Under the pieces are notes generated by a model. It worked only from the letters and a program-made list of their open reading frames with translations, made no database searches and was not told where the DNA came from. The position numbers were made by a program, and so were the translations under genes. A stretch of DNA of 64,000 nucleotides from Verrucomicrobiota bacterium. GTDB taxonomy: Bacteria; Verrucomicrobiota; Verrucomicrobiia; Verrucomicrobiales; Akkermansiaceae. The stretch lies in the NCBI GenBank assembly GCA_027619375.1, contig JAQCFL010000002.1, positions 1,663-65,662 on the forward strand. Direction: 5' to 3'. Within the stretch, counting starts at the first letter, position 1; every line of letters starts with the position of its first letter. Positions 1 to 8,012 of the stretch are shown in pieces.

Positions 1-828
1 GAGATTGGCCCGAATCAACTCGTGCGTCCGCTCACTGGTCCAAGTGTGCCAGCAGGGGACTTGTTCCACGTGGAACGCTTCCTTGCCCCAAGAATTCAGG
101 GTGAATAGATCATCAGGCCCAGCGAGGAGTCTCTTGGCCTCGAAACTGAAGAGGGGAGGGGGGGTGTCGCCCTCCTGGCGCTCCAGTTGCGAGAAGTCGA
201 TGGAGCGTCCATTGATTCGGCAGGGGGTCCCCGTCTTGAAGCGCTCGACCCCAAAGCCGAGAGCCTTGAGGGAGTCGCTGACGGTGGAGATCCCGTCGCC
301 CATCCGTCCCCCCTTTTGGTTCTGCAGGCCGACATGCATGAGGGCCCGCATGAAGGTGCCGGCGCTGACCACCACGGTGGGGGCGGCTAGCTCCATCTGG
401 AGGGAGGTGACCACTCCTTGGACTTGGTCGTCCCTGACCAGGATCTCGGCGGCGTTTCCCTGATGGAGGTCGATGCCCGGGCAGGACTCGATCTCGGCTT
501 TGGCGCGGAACTGGTAGGCCTTCTTATCGCACTGGGCGCGGGGGGCCTGCACGCTGGGTCCGCGGCCGGCGTTGAGCAGGCGCCACTGGATGGCGGTGGC
601 GTCGGTGTTGAGACCCATGAAGCCGCCCAGGGCATCGATCTCGCGCACCATGTGCCCCTTGCCGAGGCCGCCGATGGCCGGGTTGCAGCTCATCTGGCCG
701 ATGGTGTCGAGGTTCTGGGTGAGCATGGCCACCTTGGCCCCGAGCCGGGCGGCGGCAAGGGCGGCCTCGATCCCGGCGTGGCCGGCACCGACGACGAGGA
801 CATCGTATTGTTTTGGGTAGCGAAACAT
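1..828 (-). CDS. mnmG: tRNA uridine 5-carboxymethylaminomethyl modification enzyme MnmG/GidA, N-terminal part (3' end of gene lies outside window)
   Basis: Not in ORF track because there is no stop inside the window. Reverse-strand translation from the ATG at 828-826 reads MFRYPKQYDVLVVGAGHAGIEAALAAARLGAKVAMLTQNLDTIGQMSCNPAIGGLGKGHMVREIDALGG... This is the GxGxxG FAD-binding N-terminus typical of MnmG. The frame stays open to position 1. Confidence 0.9.
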   Translation of the reverse strand, partial: MFRYPKQYDVLVVGAGHAGIEAALAAARLGAKVAMLTQNLDTIGQMSCNPAIGGLGKGHMVREIDALGGFMGLNTDATAIQWRLLNAGRGPSVQAPRAQCDKKAYQFRAKAEIESCPGIDLHQGNAAEILVRDDQVQGVVTSLQMELAAPTVVVSAGTFMRALMHVGLQNQKGGRMGDGISTVSDSLKALGFGVERFKTGTPCRINGRSIDFSQLERQEGDTPPPLFSFEAKRLLAGPDDLFTLNSWGKEAFHVEQVPCWHTWTSERTHELIRANL

Positions 829-1160
829 GGGTTCTGGGGGCCGCAGACGGTAGCAGAGCGGGTCCTGATGACAAGCCTGCCCGACGTGGACGATGGGGCG
901 GCCCGGCAGGCCCTCCGCGGCGTTCCACGTGGAACAATGGAATCTCCCGGGCCGGAGCCGCGGACCCTCCGCCGGGGGAGGGGAGCGGTGCTCCTTCCGC
1001 TCAGGAAGGCAGCCGACCGAAAGAGGGCCCCCTGCCCTAAATACTATGTATATAGTACTTAAATCCGGAGCGAGACGGGGCGACTTCAGTGCATTGTGGG
1101 TCGCAGGAGACGGAGCCGGGAGGGCGCCCGGGAGGGAGAGTGCATGGACTTCGATTGACG

Positions 1161-1402
1161 ATCCCGGAGGGATCACAGTCATGAGCGCGGGGTCGAGGAG
1201 CGGAGCGACGAACACCCCGGGAAGAGGCGATTCAAGGGAAGAGAGCACCCCGGTGAGGGGATCCAGCAGCGGACGATCCGCCCTGCACCTCACGCGGCGG
1301 CTGCGACCCCTGCCAGGGTCGGGAGCAGGTGGGCCGGGTTACCGGTGGTGTCGTCGCCTTGCTCCTCAACCAGCGGCTAATGGCTCTGGATCCCTCCGGG
1401 AT
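1161..1402 (-). repeat. ~240-bp miniature element with terminal inverted repeats (family B), copy 1
   Basis: The ends ATCCCGGAGGGATC (from 1161) and GATCCCTCCGGGAT (to 1402) are inverted repeats. The reverse complement aligns by eye over its full length, with most positions identical, to 55911..56151. Confidence 0.7.
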
Positions 1403-1556
1403 GGGTCTGAAGATCAGGCCTAAAGGGCTGATGACCAACATGGCTTTGGCCATGAATAGCCTATGTTGATCTCAAGCCCACTCTTCCGGGGCTTGGCCGG
1501 ACCAAGGAAGTCCGGAGCGGGGCTGTTTTCTTCTGTGGTCGGGCGAAAAATCCCCA

Positions 1557-1783
1557 AGCAGCCTGTTGAAAAAGACGGGAATGAAAAACTGCGAGTCATT
1601 TTGGGAGCTGGCAAGGCGTGAGGAGGGAGTTGGTCGGGACCAGCGACCGACGAACAACGCCGCCAGATCCCAAAAGGGCCGCAGCCCGAAGGGCCTTCTG
1701 CTGTGCCCCTCCGGCGAAGCCGCATTTCAATCGGGGCCCCATATCCCCTCATTTTTCGTTTACGGGTTTTTCAACAGGCTGCT
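1557..1783. repeat. Inverted-repeat-bounded ~230-bp element upstream of the 1795 gene
   Basis: There is a perfect 17-bp inverted repeat: AGCAGCCTGTTGAAAAA (1557-1573) and TTTTTCAACAGGCTGCT (1767-1783). The arms continue imperfectly inward (GACGGGAATGAAAAA vs CCCGTAAACGAAAAA). Confidence 0.45.
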
Positions 1784-1794
1784 AGGCTTCCGCC

Positions 1795-2367
1795 ATGCAT
1801 CAACGGGTTCCTCTCGTCCTTCTCTTCGTCCTCTTGGTCGGATTCCGCCTTCTTGGGGCCCTGTGGCCGGAGGCCTTTCCGAACTTCCAGCTCCTGACCG
1901 CGGTCTTCTTTTGTACGACCGTGTTTCTGGGGTGGAGGGCTCTGTGGGTGCCCGCCGCAGCTTGGCTGGTGACCCTGCCGATCACGAATGGAATGCAAGG
2001 GTTCGGCTGGAGTGCGGAGATGCTGGTGGCGGCCCTTGGTCTGGGACTGACGGTGGGAGTGGGGTGGTTCATGCGTCAACAGCGGGGCGTTCTCCCGCTC
2101 TTGGGCGGCGCAGCACTCTGCGCCGTGCTCAGCTACTTCGTCCTGAATACCCTGAGCTGGTGGAGCTTGCCGGACTATCCGAAGAACCTGGCCGGCTTTG
2201 TCCAGGCCCAGTGGACCGGTGCCCCGCACCATACTCAGCCGACCTGGGTCTTCCTGCGAAACCCGCTCCTCGCCAATGTCCTCTTCACGGCCCTCTTCCT
2301 GCTCGGCCAGCGCAGCCTCGGCTTCGGGCTGGAGCCACAGCGGGCCACCGCCCCGGTGGGACGCTAA
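1795..2367 (+). CDS. Polytopic membrane protein of unknown function
   Basis: 190-aa ORF with ATG start, about five hydrophobic segments (LVLLFVLLVGFRLLGALW, LLTAVFFCTTVFLGW, ...) and GC3-rich codons. No catalytic motif was recognised. Confidence 0.6.
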   Translation: MHQRVPLVLLFVLLVGFRLLGALWPEAFPNFQLLTAVFFCTTVFLGWRALWVPAAAWLVTLPITNGMQGFGWSAEMLVAALGLGLTVGVGWFMRQQRGVLPLLGGAALCAVLSYFVLNTLSWWSLPDYPKNLAGFVQAQWTGAPHHTQPTWVFLRNPLLANVLFTALFLLGQRSLGFGLEPQRATAPVGR

Positions 2368-2426
2368 AGAAACAATCTTGCCCGCACCGTCCCCCCTCGC
2401 TATCCCCGCCACTCAGCCGCGCCACC

Positions 2427-3515
2427 ATGCCAGGACCAGCCGACACCAAATTTGCCAACTTGGACTTCGCCAGTTCACCGATCAACAGCTCCCTGACCCC
2501 GGAGGAGAAGATCGGGATCTATCGCGACATGGTCCGCATCCGGCGCTTCGAGCATCAAGCCCTGGCCCAGTATCAGAAGCCCGGGAAGATGGGCGGCTTC
2601 CTGCACCTCTATAATGGGCAGGAGTCGGTGGCGGTGGGAACGGTCTCCCTCTGTGGCGAGCACGATCACCTCATCACCGCTTACCGGAACCACGGGCACG
2701 CCCTCGCCGTGGGCATGTCCATGGACGAGTGCATGGCCGAGCTCTTCGGCAAGGCCGGGGGCTGCTCAAAGGGCAAGGGGGGCTCGATGCACTTTTTTGC
2801 ACCGGACAAGAATTACTGGGGCGGACACGGTATCGTGGCCGGCCAGACTCCGCTGGGTCTGGGTCTGGGCTTTGGATTGAAGTACAAGGATCTGCCCGGC
2901 TGTGCGCTGACCTTCCTCGGGGACGGGGCCATCAACCAGGGGGCCTTCCACGAGTCCCTCAACCTCGCCGCCCTCTTCGAGATTCCGGTGGTCTTCATCA
3001 TCGAGAACAACGGCTACTCCATGGGCACCTCCCAGCGCCGTTCCAGTGCCTACCGCGAATGCCTCGCCCAGCGGGCCGAGGCCTACGACATGGCCTGGGA
3101 TCTGGTGAACGGAGAGGATGTCTATGAGGTGCGGGCCAAGACCCACATCGCCATGGAGCGGGCCCGCAAGGAGCGGCAGCCAACCCTGTTGGAGGTGGAC
3201 ACCTATCGCTACTACGGACACTCGGTGGCCGATGCGAATGCCCAGAAATACCGGACCCCGGAGGAAATCGAGCGCTACAAGACGAACCATGACCCCCTGA
3301 TTCTCTGGAAGCAACTCCTTCTCAATGAGGGAGTTATGACCGAGGAAGCGGCCAAGGGGATCGAGGATGCGGCCAAGGACGAAGCCAAGCAGTCCGTGGC
3401 CTTTGCGGAGGCTTCCCCGGCACCCACCGTGGAGAGCATCATGGATGATGTCTATTGGGAGACCGACAACAACACCGAAGCTAGCAAGATCGGCCGCCAT
3501 TTCTTCAACGACTGA
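2427..3515 (+). CDS. pdhA: Pyruvate dehydrogenase E1 component, alpha subunit
   Basis: In-frame ATG at 2427 inside ORF 1566..3515. The product shows E1-alpha/TPP motifs (YRNHGHALA, FLGDGAINQGAFHESLNLAAL, TYRYYGHSVAD). The 287 upstream codons are Pro/Arg/Gly-rich and overlap the 1795..2367 gene, so they were discarded. Confidence 0.9.
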   Translation: MPGPADTKFANLDFASSPINSSLTPEEKIGIYRDMVRIRRFEHQALAQYQKPGKMGGFLHLYNGQESVAVGTVSLCGEHDHLITAYRNHGHALAVGMSMDECMAELFGKAGGCSKGKGGSMHFFAPDKNYWGGHGIVAGQTPLGLGLGFGLKYKDLPGCALTFLGDGAINQGAFHESLNLAALFEIPVVFIIENNGYSMGTSQRRSSAYRECLAQRAEAYDMAWDLVNGEDVYEVRAKTHIAMERARKERQPTLLEVDTYRYYGHSVADANAQKYRTPEEIERYKTNHDPLILWKQLLLNEGVMTEEAAKGIEDAAKDEAKQSVAFAEASPAPTVESIMDDVYWETDNNTEASKIGRHFFND

Positions 3516-3548
3516 TCCATCTACGGACACTCTAGTATTTAGACCACC

Positions 3549-4532
3549 ATGCGAGAACTTTCCTACCGCCACGCGCTGCGTGAAGCCTTCGACGAGGAAC
3601 TGGCCCGGGACGAGAATGTCGTCCTGCTGGGCGAGGAGGTCGCCCAGTACAACGGGGCCTACAAGGTGACCGAGGGACTCTGGGAGAAGTGGGGGGCCAA
3701 GCGCATCGTGGACACCCCCATTTCCGAGGCCGGCTTCATCGGGATGGGCCTGGGGGCCTCCATGCTGGGCCTCCGTCCGGTGATGGAGTTGATGTTCTGG
3801 TCCTTCCACAGCGTGGCCTTCGATCAGCTTGTCAACAATGCCGCCAACGTCCGCTACATGTCGGGAGGCTTGATCAACTGCCCCATCGTGGTCCGTGGTC
3901 CGGCCAACGGCGGCACCAACGTCGGCGCCACCCACTCCCACGTTCCGGAAGCGCTCTTTGCGGCCTTTCCCGGCCTGAAAGTTTGTGCTCCGGCCACCCC
4001 GGCCGATGCCAAGGGACTCATGAAGACCGCCATCCGGGACAATGACCCGGTCTACGTCATGGAAAACACCATGCTTTATGGGAACATGGGGCCGGTCCCT
4101 GAGGCTTCCGAGGGGGATCATTTGGTGCCGCTGGGCAAGGCCGACATCAAGCGGGAGGGCTCCGATGTCACCCTGATCGCCCATGGCCGCTCCGTCCTGC
4201 GGGCCCTCGAGGCGGCGGAAATCCTTCAAAATGACCACAATATCTCCGCGGAGGTCGTGGACCTGCGCTCGATCCGTCCCCTGGATCAGGAGACCATCCT
4301 GAGATCGGTCATGAAGACCAACCGGGCCGTCTGTGTTGATGAGTCCAAGGCCTTTGGCGGGGTCTCGGGGATGGTGGCGACCCTCATCCAGGAGCACGCC
4401 TTTGATTCCCTGGACGCTCCGGTGAAGCGGGTCTGCTCGCTGGACGCTCCGGCCATTTACTCGCCTCATGTCGAGGATGAGCAGCTCCCCAACCCCCGCC
4501 GCATCGTGCAGCAGGTCCTCACCATCGCCTGA
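3549..4532 (+). CDS. pdhB: Pyruvate dehydrogenase E1 component, beta subunit
   Basis: 327 aa: MRELSYRHALREAFDEELARDENVVLLGEEVAQYNGAYKVTEGL...DTPISEAGF... This is the transketolase-like pyrimidine-binding plus C-terminal domain pattern of E1-beta. It lies 33 nt after pdhA. Confidence 0.92.
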   Translation: MRELSYRHALREAFDEELARDENVVLLGEEVAQYNGAYKVTEGLWEKWGAKRIVDTPISEAGFIGMGLGASMLGLRPVMELMFWSFHSVAFDQLVNNAANVRYMSGGLINCPIVVRGPANGGTNVGATHSHVPEALFAAFPGLKVCAPATPADAKGLMKTAIRDNDPVYVMENTMLYGNMGPVPEASEGDHLVPLGKADIKREGSDVTLIAHGRSVLRALEAAEILQNDHNISAEVVDLRSIRPLDQETILRSVMKTNRAVCVDESKAFGGVSGMVATLIQEHAFDSLDAPVKRVCSLDAPAIYSPHVEDEQLPNPRRIVQQVLTIA

Positions 4533-4601
4533 TCGGGCTGGACAAGGCCCCTGAAAATCTGGTTGCATCGCCCCCTCACCCTCTTACCATTCCGAACCTC
4601 T

Positions 4602-4970
4602 ATGAAATCCATTGCTATTCTCCCGGCGATTTTCGTCCTCCTCTTCTCCCTCAACTCCTGCTGCTCGAGCTGTTTCAAGGGCAAGAAGTATGAGGCCACC
4701 TGCTGTGATCAAGAGACCTACGAAGAGCAGATCACCACCTGGGTCGAAGAAGAAGTGATGGGTGACAAGGGCCCCGTGATCGTGCGGAGCCCGGTGGTGC
4801 GGACCGTCACCAAGCCGATCACCTGCACCACCTGCGGTTCCTTCTATTGCGCCAGCCCCGGCTGCTGCGACACCGTCAGCCGTGAAGTGCTGAAGCGGGC
4901 CACCGCGCAAGGCGGCACCGGCGAGCCCCACATCGGACAGATTCCGACCATGAAAGTGCTCGCTCCCTGA
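4602..4970 (+). CDS. Cys-rich lipoprotein of unknown function, inserted between pdhB and pdhC
   Basis: ATG at 4602 gives MKSIAILPAIFVLLFSLNSC, a signal peptide plus lipobox. The mature part carries clustered cysteines (CCSSC, CC, CTTC, YC, CC). Confidence 0.6.
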   Translation: MKSIAILPAIFVLLFSLNSCCSSCFKGKKYEATCCDQETYEEQITTWVEEEVMGDKGPVIVRSPVVRTVTKPITCTTCGSFYCASPGCCDTVSREVLKRATAQGGTGEPHIGQIPTMKVLAP

Positions 4971-5126
4971 GCGATCAAGATCAGGCAAATCGGATTTCGC
5001 GGGCCCCTCCAGCAATGGTGGGGCCCGCTTCGTCATGACGCAGGGCGGCGAAATTGCTTTTGCCCAGGCCCGTCCCTCTGCTAAGTCCCCTGCGGTTTCT
5101 GATCACAATCCCCACCCACCGTCCCC

Positions 5127-6425
5127 ATGCCCATCAATCTCGAAATGCCCAAACTCTCCGACACCATGACGGAGGGCACCGTCGTCCGCTGGCTCAAGAA
5201 GGAGGGAGACCAGATCGAGATCGGGGACGAAGTGGCGGAGATCGAAACCGACAAGGCCACCATGGCCATGGAGGCCTTCGACGAGGGCATCCTTGCAAAG
5301 ATTCTCATCCCCGAGGGTGGCAAGGCCGCCATCGGCAGCGTCTTGGCGGTCATCACGGCGGAAGGCGAGTCGTTGGACGCCGCCGAGGCGACCCCTGCGC
5401 CAACCGCCGCTATGCCCGCTGCCGCCGCTCCGGCCGCTGCCCCTTCTTCTCCCGTTTCCGATCCGGTACCGGCCGCCGCCGCACCTGTTGCTCCCGCCGC
5501 ACCTGCGGCGACCCCTCCGGCCTCTGGAGAACGGATCAAATCTTCTCCTCTGGCGCGGAAAATCGCGGCCGACCAAGGGGTGGACCTGGCCGGGGTGACC
5601 GGGACGGGACCCGGGGGACGGATCGTGAAAGCCGACGTCGTCGCCGCCTCGAAAGCCGGCACTGCGACCCCGGCCGCCGGAAAGCCGGCCTCGCCGGCCC
5701 CCGCTCCCGCCGCCATTGCCCCGACCGTGGGTGCCGGTGATCAACGGGTGGAGCTTTCCAGCATGCGCCGCATCATCGCCGACCGCCTCCTGACCTCCAA
5801 GACCACCATCCCCCACTTCTATCTCCATCTTGAGGTCGACGCCGCGCCCCTCATGGCGATCCGCAAGCAGGTCAATGCCCAGGCCGAAGTGACCCACGGC
5901 AACAAGTACACCGTCAACGATTTCATCCTGAAGAGCGTGATCAATGCCCTGCAGGCCGTGCCTGCCGCCAACGCCTCCTTCAACGGCGATCACATCGTGC
6001 AGTTCGAGCAGATCGGCATCGCCGTGGCCGTGGCCATCGACGATGGTTTGGTCACCCCGGTGGTCAAGAATGCCGCCGCCAAGTCCCTTCTGCAGATCTC
6101 CAAGGAAGTGAAGGACCTCGCCACCCGGGCCCGGGACAAGAAGCTCAAGCCGGATGAGTTCGATGGCGGGACTATCACTGTGTCCAATCTTGGGGCCTAC
6201 GGCATCGAATCATTCGATGCAATCATCAACCCCCCGCAGGCCGCCATTTTGTCGGTCGGCGCGATCCTCGAGAAGCCCGTGGTGGTGGACGGCCAGCTCA
6301 CCATCGGTCTCCGCATGAACCTCGGCCTCTCCTGCGACCACCGCGTGGTGGATGGCGCGGTGGGTGCCCAGCTGCTCGGGCAGATCAAGAAGCTCCTTGA
6401 GAATCCGGCTTTAATGCTGGTTTAG
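5127..6425 (+). CDS. pdhC: Dihydrolipoamide acetyltransferase (E2) of pyruvate dehydrogenase complex
   Basis: 432 aa. It has a lipoyl domain (EIETDKATMAMEAF), an Ala/Pro-rich linker, a subunit-binding domain (SPLARKIAADQGVDLAGVTGTGPGGRIVKADV) and the catalytic motif DHRVVDG. Confidence 0.92.
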   Translation: MPINLEMPKLSDTMTEGTVVRWLKKEGDQIEIGDEVAEIETDKATMAMEAFDEGILAKILIPEGGKAAIGSVLAVITAEGESLDAAEATPAPTAAMPAAAAPAAAPSSPVSDPVPAAAAPVAPAAPAATPPASGERIKSSPLARKIAADQGVDLAGVTGTGPGGRIVKADVVAASKAGTATPAAGKPASPAPAPAAIAPTVGAGDQRVELSSMRRIIADRLLTSKTTIPHFYLHLEVDAAPLMAIRKQVNAQAEVTHGNKYTVNDFILKSVINALQAVPAANASFNGDHIVQFEQIGIAVAVAIDDGLVTPVVKNAAAKSLLQISKEVKDLATRARDKKLKPDEFDGGTITVSNLGAYGIESFDAIINPPQAAILSVGAILEKPVVVDGQLTIGLRMNLGLSCDHRVVDGAVGAQLLGQIKKLLENPALMLV

Positions 6426-6969
6426 GGGCTGCCGAGGAGGGATCGCAGCCAGCGTCGGGGGTCATGGGCGCAACGTCCGCAGCTAGGACCCCTGCCGGGG
6501 CGCACGTCTGTGTCAGGTTGAATTCCTGCAATCCGACCTCGTGCGCAATCACTTCAATTGTTGGACGGGCCATTTCCACGCTTCGAGCCCCCGGAGTGCG
6601 GAGGCTCGACTCCGCCTGGCGGCAGCTGGCTGGACAGCGCGGGGGAGCAGCGTCCACCCGGTCTTGCGAGCCATCTCGCCAGCCTTCGAGCCATGCCTCT
6701 ATCATCGCGCCCAACTCCTCTCCCCCACACGGGTCAAGCCCCGCCCATCCCGGGCGGAGTCCCGTCGTCGCCTACGGCTATGCCGGGGCACGGCAAGCCT
6801 CAGCACTCCGGGGCGACAATCCGGAGTGCTCCACGATGAAGACCAGTCGTTTACTGGAGAGCCGCCTCGCTGAATTGCCTCGGGCGAAGGGCAAGAGCCG
6901 GAGAAACCGGCGCCGTTCGCGGATTCGCTGCTCGTCAAGCGGGGTGCATTTTGGGAGCAATGCGGTGCC

Positions 6970-7542
6970 ATGGCAGACACAGCACGGGAGCAGCTCAAGG
7001 GGATCTTGTTGGAGAAATCAGTGCGGACGGGGGAGTTCACCCTCGCTTCGGGGAAGACCAGTGATCTCTACATTGATTGCCGGGTCACCACCATGGATCC
7101 CCGCGGGGCCCTGTTGGTGGGCGAGGTCGGCTGGGCGGCGGTGGCGGATTACCTTCAGGAGAAGGGGCTCCAAGTGCAGGCCATCGGCGGGATGACGCTG
7201 GGGGCGGATCCGGTTTCCCTGGCGGTGGGGATGGAGGCGGTTCGGAAGGCCCCTGAGCGAGGCCTGCAGGTTTTCACGGTGCGCAAGGAGGCCAAGGGCC
7301 ATGGCCGGGGCAAACGGATCGAGGGGAATTTCCACGAGGGCGACACCATCATCGTGGTCGACGATGTCATCACCACCGGTGGCTCGACCTTGAAAGCGAT
7401 CGAGGCGATCGAGGCGGAGGGCGGCAAGATCGCCTTTGCCCTGGTGCTGGTGGATCGGGAGGAAGGGGGCCGGCAGGCGATCGAGGAGCGCGGGGTGCCG
7501 GTGCTGGCCCTGTTTACCAGAAGCGATTTGCTAGGATCCTGA
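6970..7542 (+). CDS. pyrE: Orotate phosphoribosyltransferase
   Basis: 190 aa with PRPP-binding loop IIVVDDVITTGGST and the N-terminal pattern FTLASGKTSDLYID typical of PyrE. Confidence 0.9.
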   Translation: MADTAREQLKGILLEKSVRTGEFTLASGKTSDLYIDCRVTTMDPRGALLVGEVGWAAVADYLQEKGLQVQAIGGMTLGADPVSLAVGMEAVRKAPERGLQVFTVRKEAKGHGRGKRIEGNFHEGDTIIVVDDVITTGGSTLKAIEAIEAEGGKIAFALVLVDREEGGRQAIEERGVPVLALFTRSDLLGS

Positions 7543-7680
7543 GCCCGGCTCCAAAGAAGCCCCATCCGCAGAATCTGCGGGTAGCGGAGTGTGTCGGGTA
7601 GCGGAGTGTTGCCTACGAGCGGAATTGTTGCCACGGCGTCACCGATGGAGGGAGGTCGCCGTGTCGTTGTGTTCAGTGTG

Positions 7681-7896
7681 TCCCGGAGGGACTTGGGACG
7701 GTAGCTGGTGGTACCACCACCGGGTCTCATCGTCGTCTGGAAGAGCACCCCGGAGGGGCGCGGTAAGTCATGGCATGCGGATTGAACCGGTCTCGTTGTG
7801 TTCCGCCCGCTCCCGCGCCCCTCCGGGGTGCCCCTCAAAGGACCGGCCAAAGTCCGGTGGTGCTACCACCGGCTACCGTCCGATGTCCCTCCGGGA
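7681..7896. repeat. ~216-bp hairpin-like miniature element with ~45-bp terminal inverted repeats (family A), copy 1
   Basis: It starts TCCCGGAGGGACTTGGGACGGTAGCTGGTGGTACCACCACC and ends GGTGGTGCTACCACCGGCTACCGTCCGATGTCCCTCCGGGA. A nested inner inverted repeat is present (CACCCCGGAGGGGCGCGG / CCGCGCCCCTCCGGGGTG). A near-identical copy lies at 16608..16824. Confidence 0.75.
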
Positions 7897-8012
7897 CGAA
7901 GAAAACTTAACTGCGACCCTTAGTCGGATACCCTTAACCGCCCAGCTCAAACGTCTTGGTGGGCCAATCATCCAACTCTGCGTTGGCGCAGGGATGCGTT
8001 GGGCCCGGGCCC

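Noticed and set aside
1566-2426. N-terminal extensions of track ORFs, including the 649-aa version of pdhA. Similar cases are 8013..9416, 24967..27213, 56886..57977, 57542..59485, 19283..19957, 45996..48368 and 59904..62879.
   Set aside because: The extensions are Arg/Pro/Gly-rich, overlap neighbouring genes or repeats, and precede well-placed internal starts where the recognisable protein begins.
6424-6660. Possible tmRNA/tRNA-like gene: GGGGCTG start, T-loop-like GGCTCGACTCC, 7-bp GCTGCCG/CGGCAGC pairing, and CAGCGTCCACCC further on
   Set aside because: The acceptor geometry does not work. There is a 4-nt gap between the putative T-stem and the acceptor strand. There is no G3:U70 pair, no proper 7-nt T-loop, no CCA-adjacent end and no tag-peptide ORF. 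The span is also far shorter than a tmRNA.
7545-7680. Hairpin CCGCAG-AAT-CTGCGG after pyrE, and similar GC hairpins after cdd (GGCCCTC-TGCG-GAGGGCC, ~36055) and after the entericidin-like gene, considered as rho-independent terminators
   Set aside because: The stems are short and none is followed by a T-tract. Only the rpmA hairpin (19779-19806) has both features.
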